Positions 8,487 through 17,044 of a DNA stretch of 64,000 nt are shown here, piece by piece. Origin of the DNA: Actinomycetota bacterium (GTDB lineage: Bacteria > Actinomycetota > Acidimicrobiia > Acidimicrobiales > VFJN01); NCBI GenBank assembly GCA_046723645.1, contig JBKOUY010000008.1:13264-77263 (forward strand), given 5' to 3'. The number at the start of each line of letters is the position of its first letter. Position 1 is the stretch's first letter. Both the position numbers and the translations under genes were made by a program. Below the pieces are notes generated by a model. It was not told the DNA's origin. It did no database searches and saw only the letters and a program-made list of their open reading frames with translations.

Positions 8487-9229
8487 TGCCCGTCCTCCAG
8501 GGTGCCGGCCAGCTCCAGGAACACGCCCTCGAGGTCGCCGTGGCCGAACCGCTCGGCCACCTCGGCCGGACCGCCGTCGGCCACGACGCGGCCCGCGGAG
8601 ATGAACACCACCCGCTGGCACAGCCGCTCGGCCTCGACCATGTTGTGGCTGGTGACCATGAGCGCGGTGCCGTCGGTCGCCGTCTCCTCCAGCAGCCCCT
8701 GACGGACCCGGTAGGCAACGTCGGGATCGAGTGAGGCGGTGGGCTCGTCGAGCACGAGCAGCCGCGGCCGGTGCAGGACCGCCTTGACGATGCCGACCAA
8801 CGTCCGCTGGCCCGATGACAGCTGCTCGCAGGGACGGTCGGCGAGTTGGGTGATCCTGAAGCGCTCGAGCGCATCCGCGATCGCGGCCCTGGCCGCGCGC
8901 CCATCGAGCCCGTAGAGCCCGGCGAACACCGACAGGGCCTCCCGAACCTTGAGGCGGTCGGGCAGCGGGAGGTATCCGGCGGCAAAGCCGACGTGACACA
9001 TGGCCGCGGAGCGCTGCCGGGGCAGGCGATGGCCCCCGATCTCGATGGTCCCGGCGTCGGGCGTGATGGCGCCGAGCAGCATCAAGAGCGTGGTGGTCTT
9101 CCCGGCTCCGTTGGGGCCCAACAGCCCCACCCGCTCCCCGGCGCGCACGCTGAGGTCGACCCCGTCGACGGCGCGTACCGGGCCGAACGACTTGACGAGG
9201 CCGGTCGCCTCGAGGACAACTTCCGCCAC
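8483..9229 (-). CDS. ABC transporter ATP-binding protein
   Basis: Walker A GPNGAGKTT, signature LSSGQRTLV, Walker B LLVLDEPTASLD, H-loop TSHNM. Start placed at GTG 9229 (VAEVVLEATGLVKSF); the upstream part of the tracked ORF is junk. Confidence 0.9.
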   Translation of the reverse strand: MAEVVLEATGLVKSFGPVRAVDGVDLSVRAGERVGLLGPNGAGKTTTLLMLLGAITPDAGTIEIGGHRLPRQRSAAMCHVGFAAGYLPLPDRLKVREALSVFAGLYGLDGRAARAAIADALERFRITQLADRPCEQLSSGQRTLVGIVKAVLHRPRLLVLDEPTASLDPDVAYRVRQGLLEETATDGTALMVTSHNMVEAERLCQRVVFISAGRVVADGGPAEVAERFGHGDLEGVFLELAGTLEDGQ

Positions 9230-9330
9230 GACCGGCCAGTATTCCCCGGGCGTGACGGTCTCCCCGGCCGAAATTCCCTCGGGGTCCGCGGACGTCACCG
9301 AACGCGGGCGGTGGCGCCCCACCCCGCCAA

Positions 9331-9386
9331 CCCGAACTTGCGGCGGTTGGAGCCCCCATGGGGTCCGTAACCGCCGCAAGTTCGGG
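9331..9386 (-). terminator. Long nested hairpin (perfect 18-bp arms) between the sigma gene and the ABC operon
   Basis: cccgaacttgcggcggtt (9331-9348) is the exact reverse complement of aaccgccgcaagttcggg (9369-9386). The 20-nt interior contains cccc-cat-gggg. It lies 80 nt downstream of the sigma stop. There is no U-tract. Confidence 0.45.
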
Positions 9387-9465
9387 GGGCGGTCGGGCAG
9401 GGTCCGGCGTCGATCCGGCCCCGACGGCACCGGAGCGGTCGACCGCGACCGGCGCCTCGCGGGGC

Positions 9466-10239
9466 TCAGTCCCTCGTCCGCGAGCTATCGACGGACGTCG
9501 TGCCCGGAACTCGTCGGTTGTTCCGACGCGGCTCGGTGGCGTCACGGTGGAGCAGCGCCATGAGCGACTCGACCTGAACCTGTCCGAAGGCATCGACGCA
9601 TGCCGCCAGGTGCTTGCGGCGGGTGGCGTCGACCGCGGCCCGGGCGTCGTCTGCGCTGACGTCGGCGGCCGCGAGCGCGCAGCGGGCTCGCTGCAGCGCG
9701 CTGTTCACCGAGGCGACCGTCACCCCGAACAGCTCCGCGACCTCCTCCGCCTTCCAGCGCAGGACCTCGCGCAGGATCAGGACGGCCCGCTGGCGGGACG
9801 GCAACTGCTGCAGGACCGTGAGCGCCAGCAGCATCGTCTCCCGCGACGCCGCCAGCTCGGCGGGGTCGCCGGCCACCAGCCCGGCGCCGCTGCCGGGCGC
9901 CTGCGCGGCTCCGGGGGGTGCGTCGCCCTGGGTCAGCGGGCCGAGATCCATCGGACGGGCGCGGCGCTGCGGCCTGCGCATCATGTCGGCACACACGTTC
10001 GTCGCGATGCGGTAGAGCCACGACCGCAGCGTCGCCCGGCCTTCGAAGCGGTCGAAGTTGCGCCAGGCCCGCACCAGAGTCTCCTGGACGGCGTCCTCGG
10101 CCTCGAACGACGATCCGAGCACACGCCGGCAGTACCCGGTGAGCTCGCGCCGGTGCTGCTCCAGCCCGGTCTGGAGCGTCGCCGCTCCCCGGGGCGGGGC
10201 GCAATCAGCGTTCTCGCGGGTCGCTTCGAGGACGGGCAT
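9466..10239 (-). CDS. ECF sigma factor, SigJ/ECF41-like with a short C-terminal tail
   Basis: ATG 10239 behind GGAGGTG. Region 2 is FEAEDAVQETLVRAWRNFDRFEGRATLRSWLYRIATNVCADM and region 4 is LPSRQRAVLILREVLRWKAEEVAELFGVTVASVNSALQRAR. About 60 aa follow, starting like the SnoaL/NTF2 extension (…VDAFGQVQVESLMALLHRDA) and then ending. Confidence 0.85.
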   Translation of the reverse strand: MPVLEATRENADCAPPRGAATLQTGLEQHRRELTGYCRRVLGSSFEAEDAVQETLVRAWRNFDRFEGRATLRSWLYRIATNVCADMMRRPQRRARPMDLGPLTQGDAPPGAAQAPGSGAGLVAGDPAELAASRETMLLALTVLQQLPSRQRAVLILREVLRWKAEEVAELFGVTVASVNSALQRARCALAAADVSADDARAAVDATRRKHLAACVDAFGQVQVESLMALLHRDATEPRRNNRRVPGTTSVDSSRTRD

Positions 10240-10307
10240 CGGGCGGTCACCTCCACGTGGCACGCTCGCACTGCCCAGGTCGCCAACACATCGCCCACCT
10301 GGCTGAT

Positions 10308-10745
10308 TCAGGAGCCGGCGGTGGCCGAGATCCCCTGCGTACCGGGAGGATCCGAGGCCGGGCTGAGCTGCACGTTGACGATCAACCAGCGCCCATTCCG
10401 TCGCGTCGCGACCAGGGTGCCGAGGAAGCGGCCGCTCCAGTCGAGGCCCTGGTACCGGGCCGTCTGGGCCTGGATGCCCATCGCCACCGCGGCGTCGTCG
10501 TGCACGCGGACGCGGGTGCCCTCCCAGGCGAACGCGTCGTTGGCCAGATCCCCGGTGCGGTAGCGGTCGAGCCACTGCTGCTTGGTCAACACGTAGCCAC
10601 GGGGCCCGTCGCCCCGGAAATCGTCGTCCAGCAGCGCGTCGAGGGCGGTGGCGTCGCCACGCGCCTCGGCGTCGATCCACCCGGCCAGCACGTCGTCGAA
10701 GTTCTCCAGGCGACCGAGGCTCGCACCAACGTCGGCCCGGAACAT
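10308..10745 (-). CDS. NTF2-like (SnoaL/DUF4440-type) protein
   Basis: …FDDVLAGWIDAEARGDATALDALLDDDFRGDGPRGYVLTKQQWLDRYRTGDL…GRWLIVNVQL is typical of DUF4440/SnoaL-like folds. Start placed at ATG 10745. Confidence 0.7.
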   Translation of the reverse strand: MFRADVGASLGRLENFDDVLAGWIDAEARGDATALDALLDDDFRGDGPRGYVLTKQQWLDRYRTGDLANDAFAWEGTRVRVHDDAAVAMGIQAQTARYQGLDWSGRFLGTLVATRRNGRWLIVNVQLSPASDPPGTQGISATAGS

Positions 10746-10823
10746 CGGCCACGTGGCTAATCGGTCCCCGGGCACTCGCCGCTGCGCCAGACTGGCACGC
10801 AGTGCGATGCCTGGACGCACCCG

Positions 10824-13800
10824 ATGAACGCTGACGAGCGGGCGTCGCTACTGCCGGTCGGGACGGTGACGTTCCTCGTCAGCGACGCCTCAAGATCCGA
10901 CGTCGTGACGGCCGCCGTCGCCGCGCACAACGGCCTCCCAGCCGATGCCATGGGCGCCCCGGTCGGCGATGGCGCCGTCGTCGCGGTGTTCGGCGACGCG
11001 GCCGACGGGCTCGCAACCGCCGTCGACATGCAGCGCCACCTCCTGGGCGAGCCCGCGCCCGACCACGGCGGACCTGCGCCCCGGACCGCGTTGCACACCG
11101 GCGAGGCCCTCCTGCGCGACGAGCGGTACTACACGGGCGCGGCCCTGACGCGCTGCGCCCGGCTGCGTGACATCGCCTACGAGGGTCAAACGCTGCTGTC
11201 GTCGGCCACGGCGGCGCTGGTCACCGACGCGCTGCCCGAGGGGGGCGTGCTGCGCGACCTCGGGATACACCGGCTTCGGGACCTGTCCCACGCAGACCGG
11301 GTGTGCGAGCTGCGCACCACCGGGTTCGACCGCGAGTTCCCGCCGCTGCGCTCGCTGGACGCAGTCACCCACAACCTGCCGATCCAGCTGACGAGCTTCG
11401 TGGGGCGCGCCGGCGAGCTGGCCGCCGTGGAGCGCCTGATCCGCAGCGACCGCCTGGTGACGCTCACCGGGGCGGGCGGTGCCGGCAAGACGCGCCTGGC
11501 CGCTCAGGCCGCAGCCGAGCTGGCCGAGCACTGGCCCGACGGGGTGTGGTGGGTCGACCTCGGCCCGGTCGCCGACCCGGCCTTGGTTGCCGAGTTGACC
11601 GCCTCCACCATCGGCGTCATGGTCGAGCCGGTCGGCGGGCCGCGCCGGGCGCTGTCACTCCAGCTGCGGGATCGCCGCGTGCTGCTGTGCCTCGACAACT
11701 GCGAGCACCTGATCGAGTCCAGCGCCGACCTGGTGGAGACGGTGCTGCGCACGTGCACCGAGGTGTCGGTGCTGGCGACCAGCCGGGAGCCGCTGGGCGT
11801 GGCCGGCGAGACGGTGTGGCGGGTGCCGTCCCTCCAGGAGGAGGAGGCGGTGGCCTTGTTCGTCGACCGGGCGAGTCGCGTGCGTCCGTGGTTCACGCTC
11901 GACGCCACCAACGAGGCGGCCGTCCGCACGCTGTGCCGGCGCCTGGACGGGATCCCCCTCGCGGTCGAGCTGGCGGCGGCGTGGCTGCGCACGCTCACCC
12001 CGGCGCAGATCGCAGCCGGGCTTGACGACAGGTTCGCGCTGCTGGTGCGCGGTCCGCGGAGCGCGGCCCGGCGCCAGCAGACCCTCGCCGCCTCGATGGA
12101 CTGGAGCCACGACCTGCTCGACGAGTGCGACCGCGTCGTTTTCCGCCGCCTGGGCGCCTTCAAGGGTGGGTTCACCCTCGACGCGGCCCGGGCCGTGTGC
12201 GCCGACGGGCAGGGCGCCGCCGTCGCCGAGTCGGATGTCCTCACGGCCCTGGGACGCCTGGTCGACAAGTCCCTGGTCGTCGTCGACGAGCGGGCGGGCG
12301 AGGCTCGATACCGGCTGCTGGAGACGATCCGGCAGTACGCCGTCGACAAGTTGGTGGCCGCCGGCGAGCGGGACGCCGCCAGCGAACGCCACCTCGACCA
12401 CTTCCTCGCCTTGGCCGAGGCGACCCAGCCCGAGCTCGAGGGTCCCGATCAGGACGCCAGCCTCGACCGGCTCGAGACGGAGCACGACAACCTCCGGGCC
12501 GCACTGGACTGGGGCCTGGTCCTGGCCGACCCGGACCGCGGCCGCCGCATGGCCGGGTCCCTGGTCTGGCTCTGGTACAAGCACGGCCACGGCGACGAGG
12601 GCCTGGACTTCACCCAGCGAGCCATCGACCGGGCGCCCGACGACCGCTCGACCGTCCAGGCACAGTTGCTGGTGAGCGCGGCCGCGCTGGCCCAGGTGTG
12701 CGGCCAGTTCCGGCTCATCGTCGACTATGCCCAGCGCGGCGTCGAGGTCGCCACGCTCAACCACGACGATCGGATCCGCGGCCGGTGCCTGTTCCTGCTG
12801 GCGGTGGTGCAGTTCTACCTCGACCTCGACGCCGCCTGGGAGCTGTGCGCGCAGGCGCTGGCCTGCGCCGCGGCCGCCGGCGACGCGTTCACCGCGGACG
12901 CGGCGCTGGTCGTCCAGGGCTCGATCCCGTCCACGCGCAACCGCTTCGACGCTGCGCTGCCGCTACTGCAGGAGGGCGGCGAGCGTTGCCTGCGGCGTGG
13001 CGACCGCACCTTCGCCGCACTCGCGCTCAACTACCAGGACGACATCGCCGCGAGCACGGGCGACGTGGCGCGGGCGGAGCGCCTCGCCACGCGGGCGTTG
13101 GAGATCGCCCGGCCGTTGGGCGACTACTACGCGGTCGGCCTGTCGACGTGCCACCTGGCCTTCGTCAAGGGACTCGCCGGCGATCTCGACGCCGCCCTGC
13201 GGGTCGTCGAGCCGGTGGTGCGTTCCGTCGAGGGTGCGGATCACGCCGTGTTCATCCCACGGATGGGCTCCGTCCTCGGCATGCTGCACCTCTGGAGCGG
13301 CGATCCCGAGGGGGCGATCGGGTGGTTCGAGCGGGACGTGCGAACGGCGGATCCGGTGCCACCCGACAACCTCATCGTTGCCCGCTCGCTGCCGGGGCTG
13401 GTTGCCGCCCTGCGCCATGTCGGTCGGCGCGACGAGGCCCGCACGCTCGTGGACCGGGCACTGGCGCTGGCGCGCAAGCTGGACGTTCCGCACCTCGTGG
13501 CCGACGCCCTCGAGCAATCGGGACTGCTGACCGCCGCCGAGGACGCCGGCGCGGCCGAGAACCTCCACCATGAGGCCCTGGCCCTGCGGATGGACCACGG
13601 GCTGCGCACGTTCGTCGTGGACAGCGTCGATGCGCTCGCCGGGCTGGCATGCCGGGCAGAGAGCCCGGCGGAGGCGGTTCGCCTCCTGGCGGCCAGCGAT
13701 ACCGCCCGCGCCGCGATGGGCTACCCGCGCCCCTGGATCGACCGGCCCGGCCACGACGCCACCGTGGCTCGCCTGCGCTCCGCGCTGGGCGAGGAGGCCT

Positions 13801-14123
13801 TCTCGGATGCCTGGGCCGAGGGCGCAAACCTGTCGCTCGACGACGTCGTCGCGTACGCCCGCCGGGCGCGAGGGGCCCGCACCCGACCCTCGACGGGCTG
13901 GGCGAGCCTCACGCCGACCGAGCTCGACGTGGTCCGCCTGGTCACGGAGGGCCTGACCAACCCCGAGATCGGGGCGCGCCTGTTCATCAGCCGGGCCACG
14001 GTCAAGACCCATCTGTCGCACGTCTACGCCAAGCTCGATGTGTCCAATCGCACCGAGTTGGCGGCCCTGGCCGGCCTGCAGTCCGGCCGCGGCGATCAGT
14101 CGCCGGCGACCGGCAGCAGCTGA
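10824..14123 (+). CDS. Large regulator: class III cyclase-like domain, STAND/AAA NTPase, TPR region and LuxR-type HTH
   Basis: N-terminus GTVTFLVSD…VGDGAVVAVFGDA…ALHTGEA…YTGAALTRCARL (cyclase homology), P-loop GAGGAGKTRLA, long helical repeat region, C-terminus LTPTELDVVRLVTEGLTNPEIGARLFISRATVKTHLSHVYAKL. Confidence 0.9.
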   Translation: MNADERASLLPVGTVTFLVSDASRSDVVTAAVAAHNGLPADAMGAPVGDGAVVAVFGDAADGLATAVDMQRHLLGEPAPDHGGPAPRTALHTGEALLRDERYYTGAALTRCARLRDIAYEGQTLLSSATAALVTDALPEGGVLRDLGIHRLRDLSHADRVCELRTTGFDREFPPLRSLDAVTHNLPIQLTSFVGRAGELAAVERLIRSDRLVTLTGAGGAGKTRLAAQAAAELAEHWPDGVWWVDLGPVADPALVAELTASTIGVMVEPVGGPRRALSLQLRDRRVLLCLDNCEHLIESSADLVETVLRTCTEVSVLATSREPLGVAGETVWRVPSLQEEEAVALFVDRASRVRPWFTLDATNEAAVRTLCRRLDGIPLAVELAAAWLRTLTPAQIAAGLDDRFALLVRGPRSAARRQQTLAASMDWSHDLLDECDRVVFRRLGAFKGGFTLDAARAVCADGQGAAVAESDVLTALGRLVDKSLVVVDERAGEARYRLLETIRQYAVDKLVAAGERDAASERHLDHFLALAEATQPELEGPDQDASLDRLETEHDNLRAALDWGLVLADPDRGRRMAGSLVWLWYKHGHGDEGLDFTQRAIDRAPDDRSTVQAQLLVSAAALAQVCGQFRLIVDYAQRGVEVATLNHDDRIRGRCLFLLAVVQFYLDLDAAWELCAQALACAAAAGDAFTADAALVVQGSIPSTRNRFDAALPLLQEGGERCLRRGDRTFAALALNYQDDIAASTGDVARAERLATRALEIARPLGDYYAVGLSTCHLAFVKGLAGDLDAALRVVEPVVRSVEGADHAVFIPRMGSVLGMLHLWSGDPEGAIGWFERDVRTADPVPPDNLIVARSLPGLVAALRHVGRRDEARTLVDRALALARKLDVPHLVADALEQSGLLTAAEDAGAAENLHHEALALRMDHGLRTFVVDSVDALAGLACRAESPAEAVRLLAASDTARAAMGYPRPWIDRPGHDATVARLRSALGEEAFSDAWAEGANLSLDDVVAYARRARGARTRPSTGWASLTPTELDVVRLVTEGLTNPEIGARLFISRATVKTHLSHVYAKLDVSNRTELAALAGLQSGRGDQSPATGSS

Positions 14124-14692
14124 TCCACGAGCTCGCGGGCCACCTCGGGACCGACCGGCTGACCGAGCATCAGGCGCCGCAGGAGGATCGGCCCCACCAG
14201 CGCATCGGCCAGCAGCTCGGGGTCGGCCGTCGCCACAACCTCACCCGCATCGATCGCCTCGCGCAGAAGGTCCACGAGGGCCGCGCGGCGCTCGGCGCTG
14301 AACCGGCAGTGAAACTCGCGGACCTTGGGGTCGCGCTCCGCGGCGTCGATGAGCGCGGGCATGCACGCGGAGTAGGTCGACTGCGCGACGAGGCACGCGA
14401 CCTGCTCGATGACTGCGACGACACGGTCGCGCAGCGGCCCCTCGTCCGGAACCTCGACCGACGCCTTCAAGGTCCGGAACGCATCCTCCACGAGCTCGAG
14501 CTTCCCGGGCCAGTGCCGGTAGATCGTGCTCTTGCCGACACCGGCCCGGGCCGCTACTGCTTCGATGGTCAGCGCCCCGTAGCCGACCTCGCCGAGTTCG
14601 TCGAGGACGGCCTCGAGGATGACCCGGCGTGACCGCTCGACGCGGGGATCCAGCTCCGCGACCACACCGGTTGCGGATCCCACGTCGACCAT
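14096..14692 (-). CDS. TetR family transcriptional regulator
   Basis: N-terminal HTH: RVILEAVLDELGEVGYGALTIEAVAARAGVGKSTIYRHWPGK. Lies 4 nt downstream of the MFS gene on the same strand. Confidence 0.9.
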   Translation of the reverse strand: MVDVGSATGVVAELDPRVERSRRVILEAVLDELGEVGYGALTIEAVAARAGVGKSTIYRHWPGKLELVEDAFRTLKASVEVPDEGPLRDRVVAVIEQVACLVAQSTYSACMPALIDAAERDPKVREFHCRFSAERRAALVDLLREAIDAGEVVATADPELLADALVGPILLRRLMLGQPVGPEVARELVDQLLPVAGD

Positions 14693-14696
14693 GCCG

Positions 14697-16325
14697 TCAT
14701 TCTCTCATCTCGCCGGCCGCGACCGGAACCAGCTCGAGCTCGTAGTCGTCGAGCGCACCGTCCTCGACGGCGTCGCCCTCGACGGGCTCGCGGCCCGCAC
14801 GCCGCGACACGGCGAGGACCGCAGCCGCGGCGGCGAGCGCGATGCCGAGGGCCACCGTGTTGGCCAGTGTGAAGGCGTCGGTGAAGGCGGAGGCCGCCCG
14901 GGTCAACACTTCGCCGCCGCCGGCCGGGACCCGCTCCGCGATGGCGCTGGCGGCGCCGATGGACTCGCCGGCCGCGGCACGGGCACCAGACGGGAGCTGC
15001 ACCCGCTCCAGGTCGATGCCGGACCGGTACGCGGTGTTGGCGATGCTCCCGAGCAGTGCGATGCCGAGCGCACCCCCGAGCTCCCGGGTGGTGTCGTTCA
15101 CGGCCGATCCGACGCCGGCCTTGGAGAGCGGCACCGACGTCATGATCTCGCTGGTCGCCGGGGCGGCGGTGATGCTCATGCCGGCGCCGAGGAGCGTGAA
15201 CGCAAGGGCGATGACGAGGTACGGCGTGTCCGGCGTCAGCATCGTCAGGACCCCGAAGCCGATGGCCACGATCGTGAGCCCGAGGGCCATCACCCGGCTG
15301 GCGCCGTAGCGCTCCGCCAGTGCCGCGCTGCGGGGCGAGAACACCAGGAAGGAGAGGGCCAGGGGGAGCGTGGCCAGGCCGGCCTCGAGGGGCGAGTACC
15401 CCCGGCCGAACTGCAGGTACTGCGTCATCAGGAAGAAGAACCCGAACATCACGAAGAAGGCGACGGTGATGACGCCGCTCCCCGTGCTGAAGCGACGATC
15501 CCGGAAGAGCGTCAGCGGCAGCATCGGATGGTCGCTGCGCCGCTCCCACCTCACGAAGAGCGACAGGGTGACGCCGGCGGCTACGAAGGCACCGATCACT
15601 GGGAGGCTGGTCCAGCCGTCCTCGGGGCCCTGGATGATCCCGAAGATCAATGAGCTCAGGCCGACCAGCGACAGCAACGCACCCACCGGGTCCAACGGCG
15701 TTTGCGTGTCGTCTCGCGAGTCGGGTGCGAAGCGCCAGACCGCCGCGATGATGCCGACGACGATGGGCACGTTGACGAGCAGGGTCGAGCCCCACCAGAA
15801 CCCCTCCAGCAGCCCACCGGTCACGATCGGCCCGATCGATGCCCCCGCGCCGGCGAAGCCGGCCCAGATCGCAATCGCCCGGGGCCGCTCCTCGGGCGGG
15901 AAGATCGACGTGATGATCGACAGCGTCGCCGGCATGATGAACGCGGCGCCGATGCCCATCACCGCCCGGCTGCCGATCACCTGTGTCGCGTCGCTCGCCA
16001 GCCCACCCATGAGGGCGCCGACGCCGAACACGGCGAGGCCGGCGAGCAATGCACGCCGCCGCCCGAAGCGGTCTCCGATCGCGCCGGCACTCAGCAGGAG
16101 GCCCGCGAACACGACCGCGTAGGAGTCGACGATCCATTGCAGCTCGGATGCCGACGCCTGCAGTTCGCGCTGCATGGTCGGCAGCGCGGTGTTGAGGCCG
16201 GACACCGACATGACCACGAGCACGAGCGACAGGCACATGATCGCCAGCAGGAACCAGCGTCGAGCGTGGATCTCCGGCCGTTCGTGCAACGGGATCGCCG
16301 GCGCGGCAGTGGTGGGAGAGGCCAT
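14697..16325 (-). CDS. MFS transporter, DHA2 (EmrB/QacA-like, 14-TMS) family
   Basis: …LDSYAVVFAGLLLSAGAIGDRFGRRRALLAGL… and about 14 hydrophobic segments. Start placed at ATG 16325 behind AAGGAG. Confidence 0.9.
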   Translation of the reverse strand: MASPTTAAPAIPLHERPEIHARRWFLLAIMCLSLVLVVMSVSGLNTALPTMQRELQASASELQWIVDSYAVVFAGLLLSAGAIGDRFGRRRALLAGLAVFGVGALMGGLASDATQVIGSRAVMGIGAAFIMPATLSIITSIFPPEERPRAIAIWAGFAGAGASIGPIVTGGLLEGFWWGSTLLVNVPIVVGIIAAVWRFAPDSRDDTQTPLDPVGALLSLVGLSSLIFGIIQGPEDGWTSLPVIGAFVAAGVTLSLFVRWERRSDHPMLPLTLFRDRRFSTGSGVITVAFFVMFGFFFLMTQYLQFGRGYSPLEAGLATLPLALSFLVFSPRSAALAERYGASRVMALGLTIVAIGFGVLTMLTPDTPYLVIALAFTLLGAGMSITAAPATSEIMTSVPLSKAGVGSAVNDTTRELGGALGIALLGSIANTAYRSGIDLERVQLPSGARAAAGESIGAASAIAERVPAGGGEVLTRAASAFTDAFTLANTVALGIALAAAAAVLAVSRRAGREPVEGDAVEDGALDDYELELVPVAAGEMRE

Positions 16326-16366
16326 CGAGAGCTCCTTGGGGGGGACCACGGATCTTCGCTACGACC

Positions 16367-16414
16367 GAGACGTTCTCGTCTCTCTGCGAAACGTATGCGT
16401 CTCGAAACGAGACG
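16367..16414. promoter_or_regulatory. Two GAGACG-based palindromes upstream of the MFS-tetR operon (probable TetR operators)
   Basis: GAGACG-ttct-CGTCTC (16367-16382) and CGTCTCG-aaa-CGAGACG (16398-16414). They lie 42-89 nt upstream of the MFS start codon. Confidence 0.55.
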
Positions 16415-16463
16415 TCAACGTTCTACATCGTGTCGTTGGTCACGCCGCCCGATCGTGCCGGGG

Positions 16464-16985
16464 TCAGGGCCGCCCGTCGGGGTCAGTGCGGTCGCCGAGG
16501 CTCACGAGGATGGTACGGAGCAGCCCCGTCAGCTCCAGCTGCTGGCGAGGCGAGAGGGCGGCGAGGATCTCGCGTTCCGTGGCCATGTGGCTGTGGACCA
16601 CGTCGTCCACCAGGTCGAGGCCCTTCTGCCTGAGGCGCACCACGACCTTGCGGCGATCACGGGTCCGCGTGCGCTCGACGAGGCCCCGTTCCTCCAGGCG
16701 GTCGATCCGGTTGGTGACCGCGCCGGTGGTGACCATGGTCTGCCTGACGAGCTCGCCGGCGGTCAGCTCGTACGGCTCGCCCGATCGGCGAAGCGTCGCC
16801 AGCACGTCGTACATCCAGCTCTCGATGCCGTAGCGGGCGAAGTTCTCGGCGAGGCGCCGGTCCACGAGTCGTGACAGCCGCGACACCCGCCCGATCACAT
16901 GGATCGGCGACACGTCCACATCGGGCCGCACCATGTTCCACTGGCCCGTGATCCGATCGACCGCATCGGGATCTCGCGGGGGCAC
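16464..16985 (-). CDS. MarR family transcriptional regulator
   Basis: Winged-helix region LTAGELVRQTMVTTGAVTNRIDRLEERGLVERTRTRDRRKVVVRLRQKG. Divergent from the EamA gene. Confidence 0.9.
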   Translation of the reverse strand: MPPRDPDAVDRITGQWNMVRPDVDVSPIHVIGRVSRLSRLVDRRLAENFARYGIESWMYDVLATLRRSGEPYELTAGELVRQTMVTTGAVTNRIDRLEERGLVERTRTRDRRKVVVRLRQKGLDLVDDVVHSHMATEREILAALSPRQQLELTGLLRTILVSLGDRTDPDGRP

Positions 16986-17044
16986 CGCAGGACTGTACCG
17001 CCGGAAAGGTGGAAGGTAATAGTCTCAAGATTAAGATAACGAAC

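Noticed and set aside
9229-9593. Possible frameshifted continuation of the first SigJ-like sigma factor into the alternative frame (…VTPPSRVGTTDEFRARRPSIA…), which would restore a full NTF2-like tail.
   Set aside because: The similarity to the expected MPP…G…domain is weak. That frame has no stop before running into the ABC genes. The second paralogue ends at the equivalent position without any such alternative frame.
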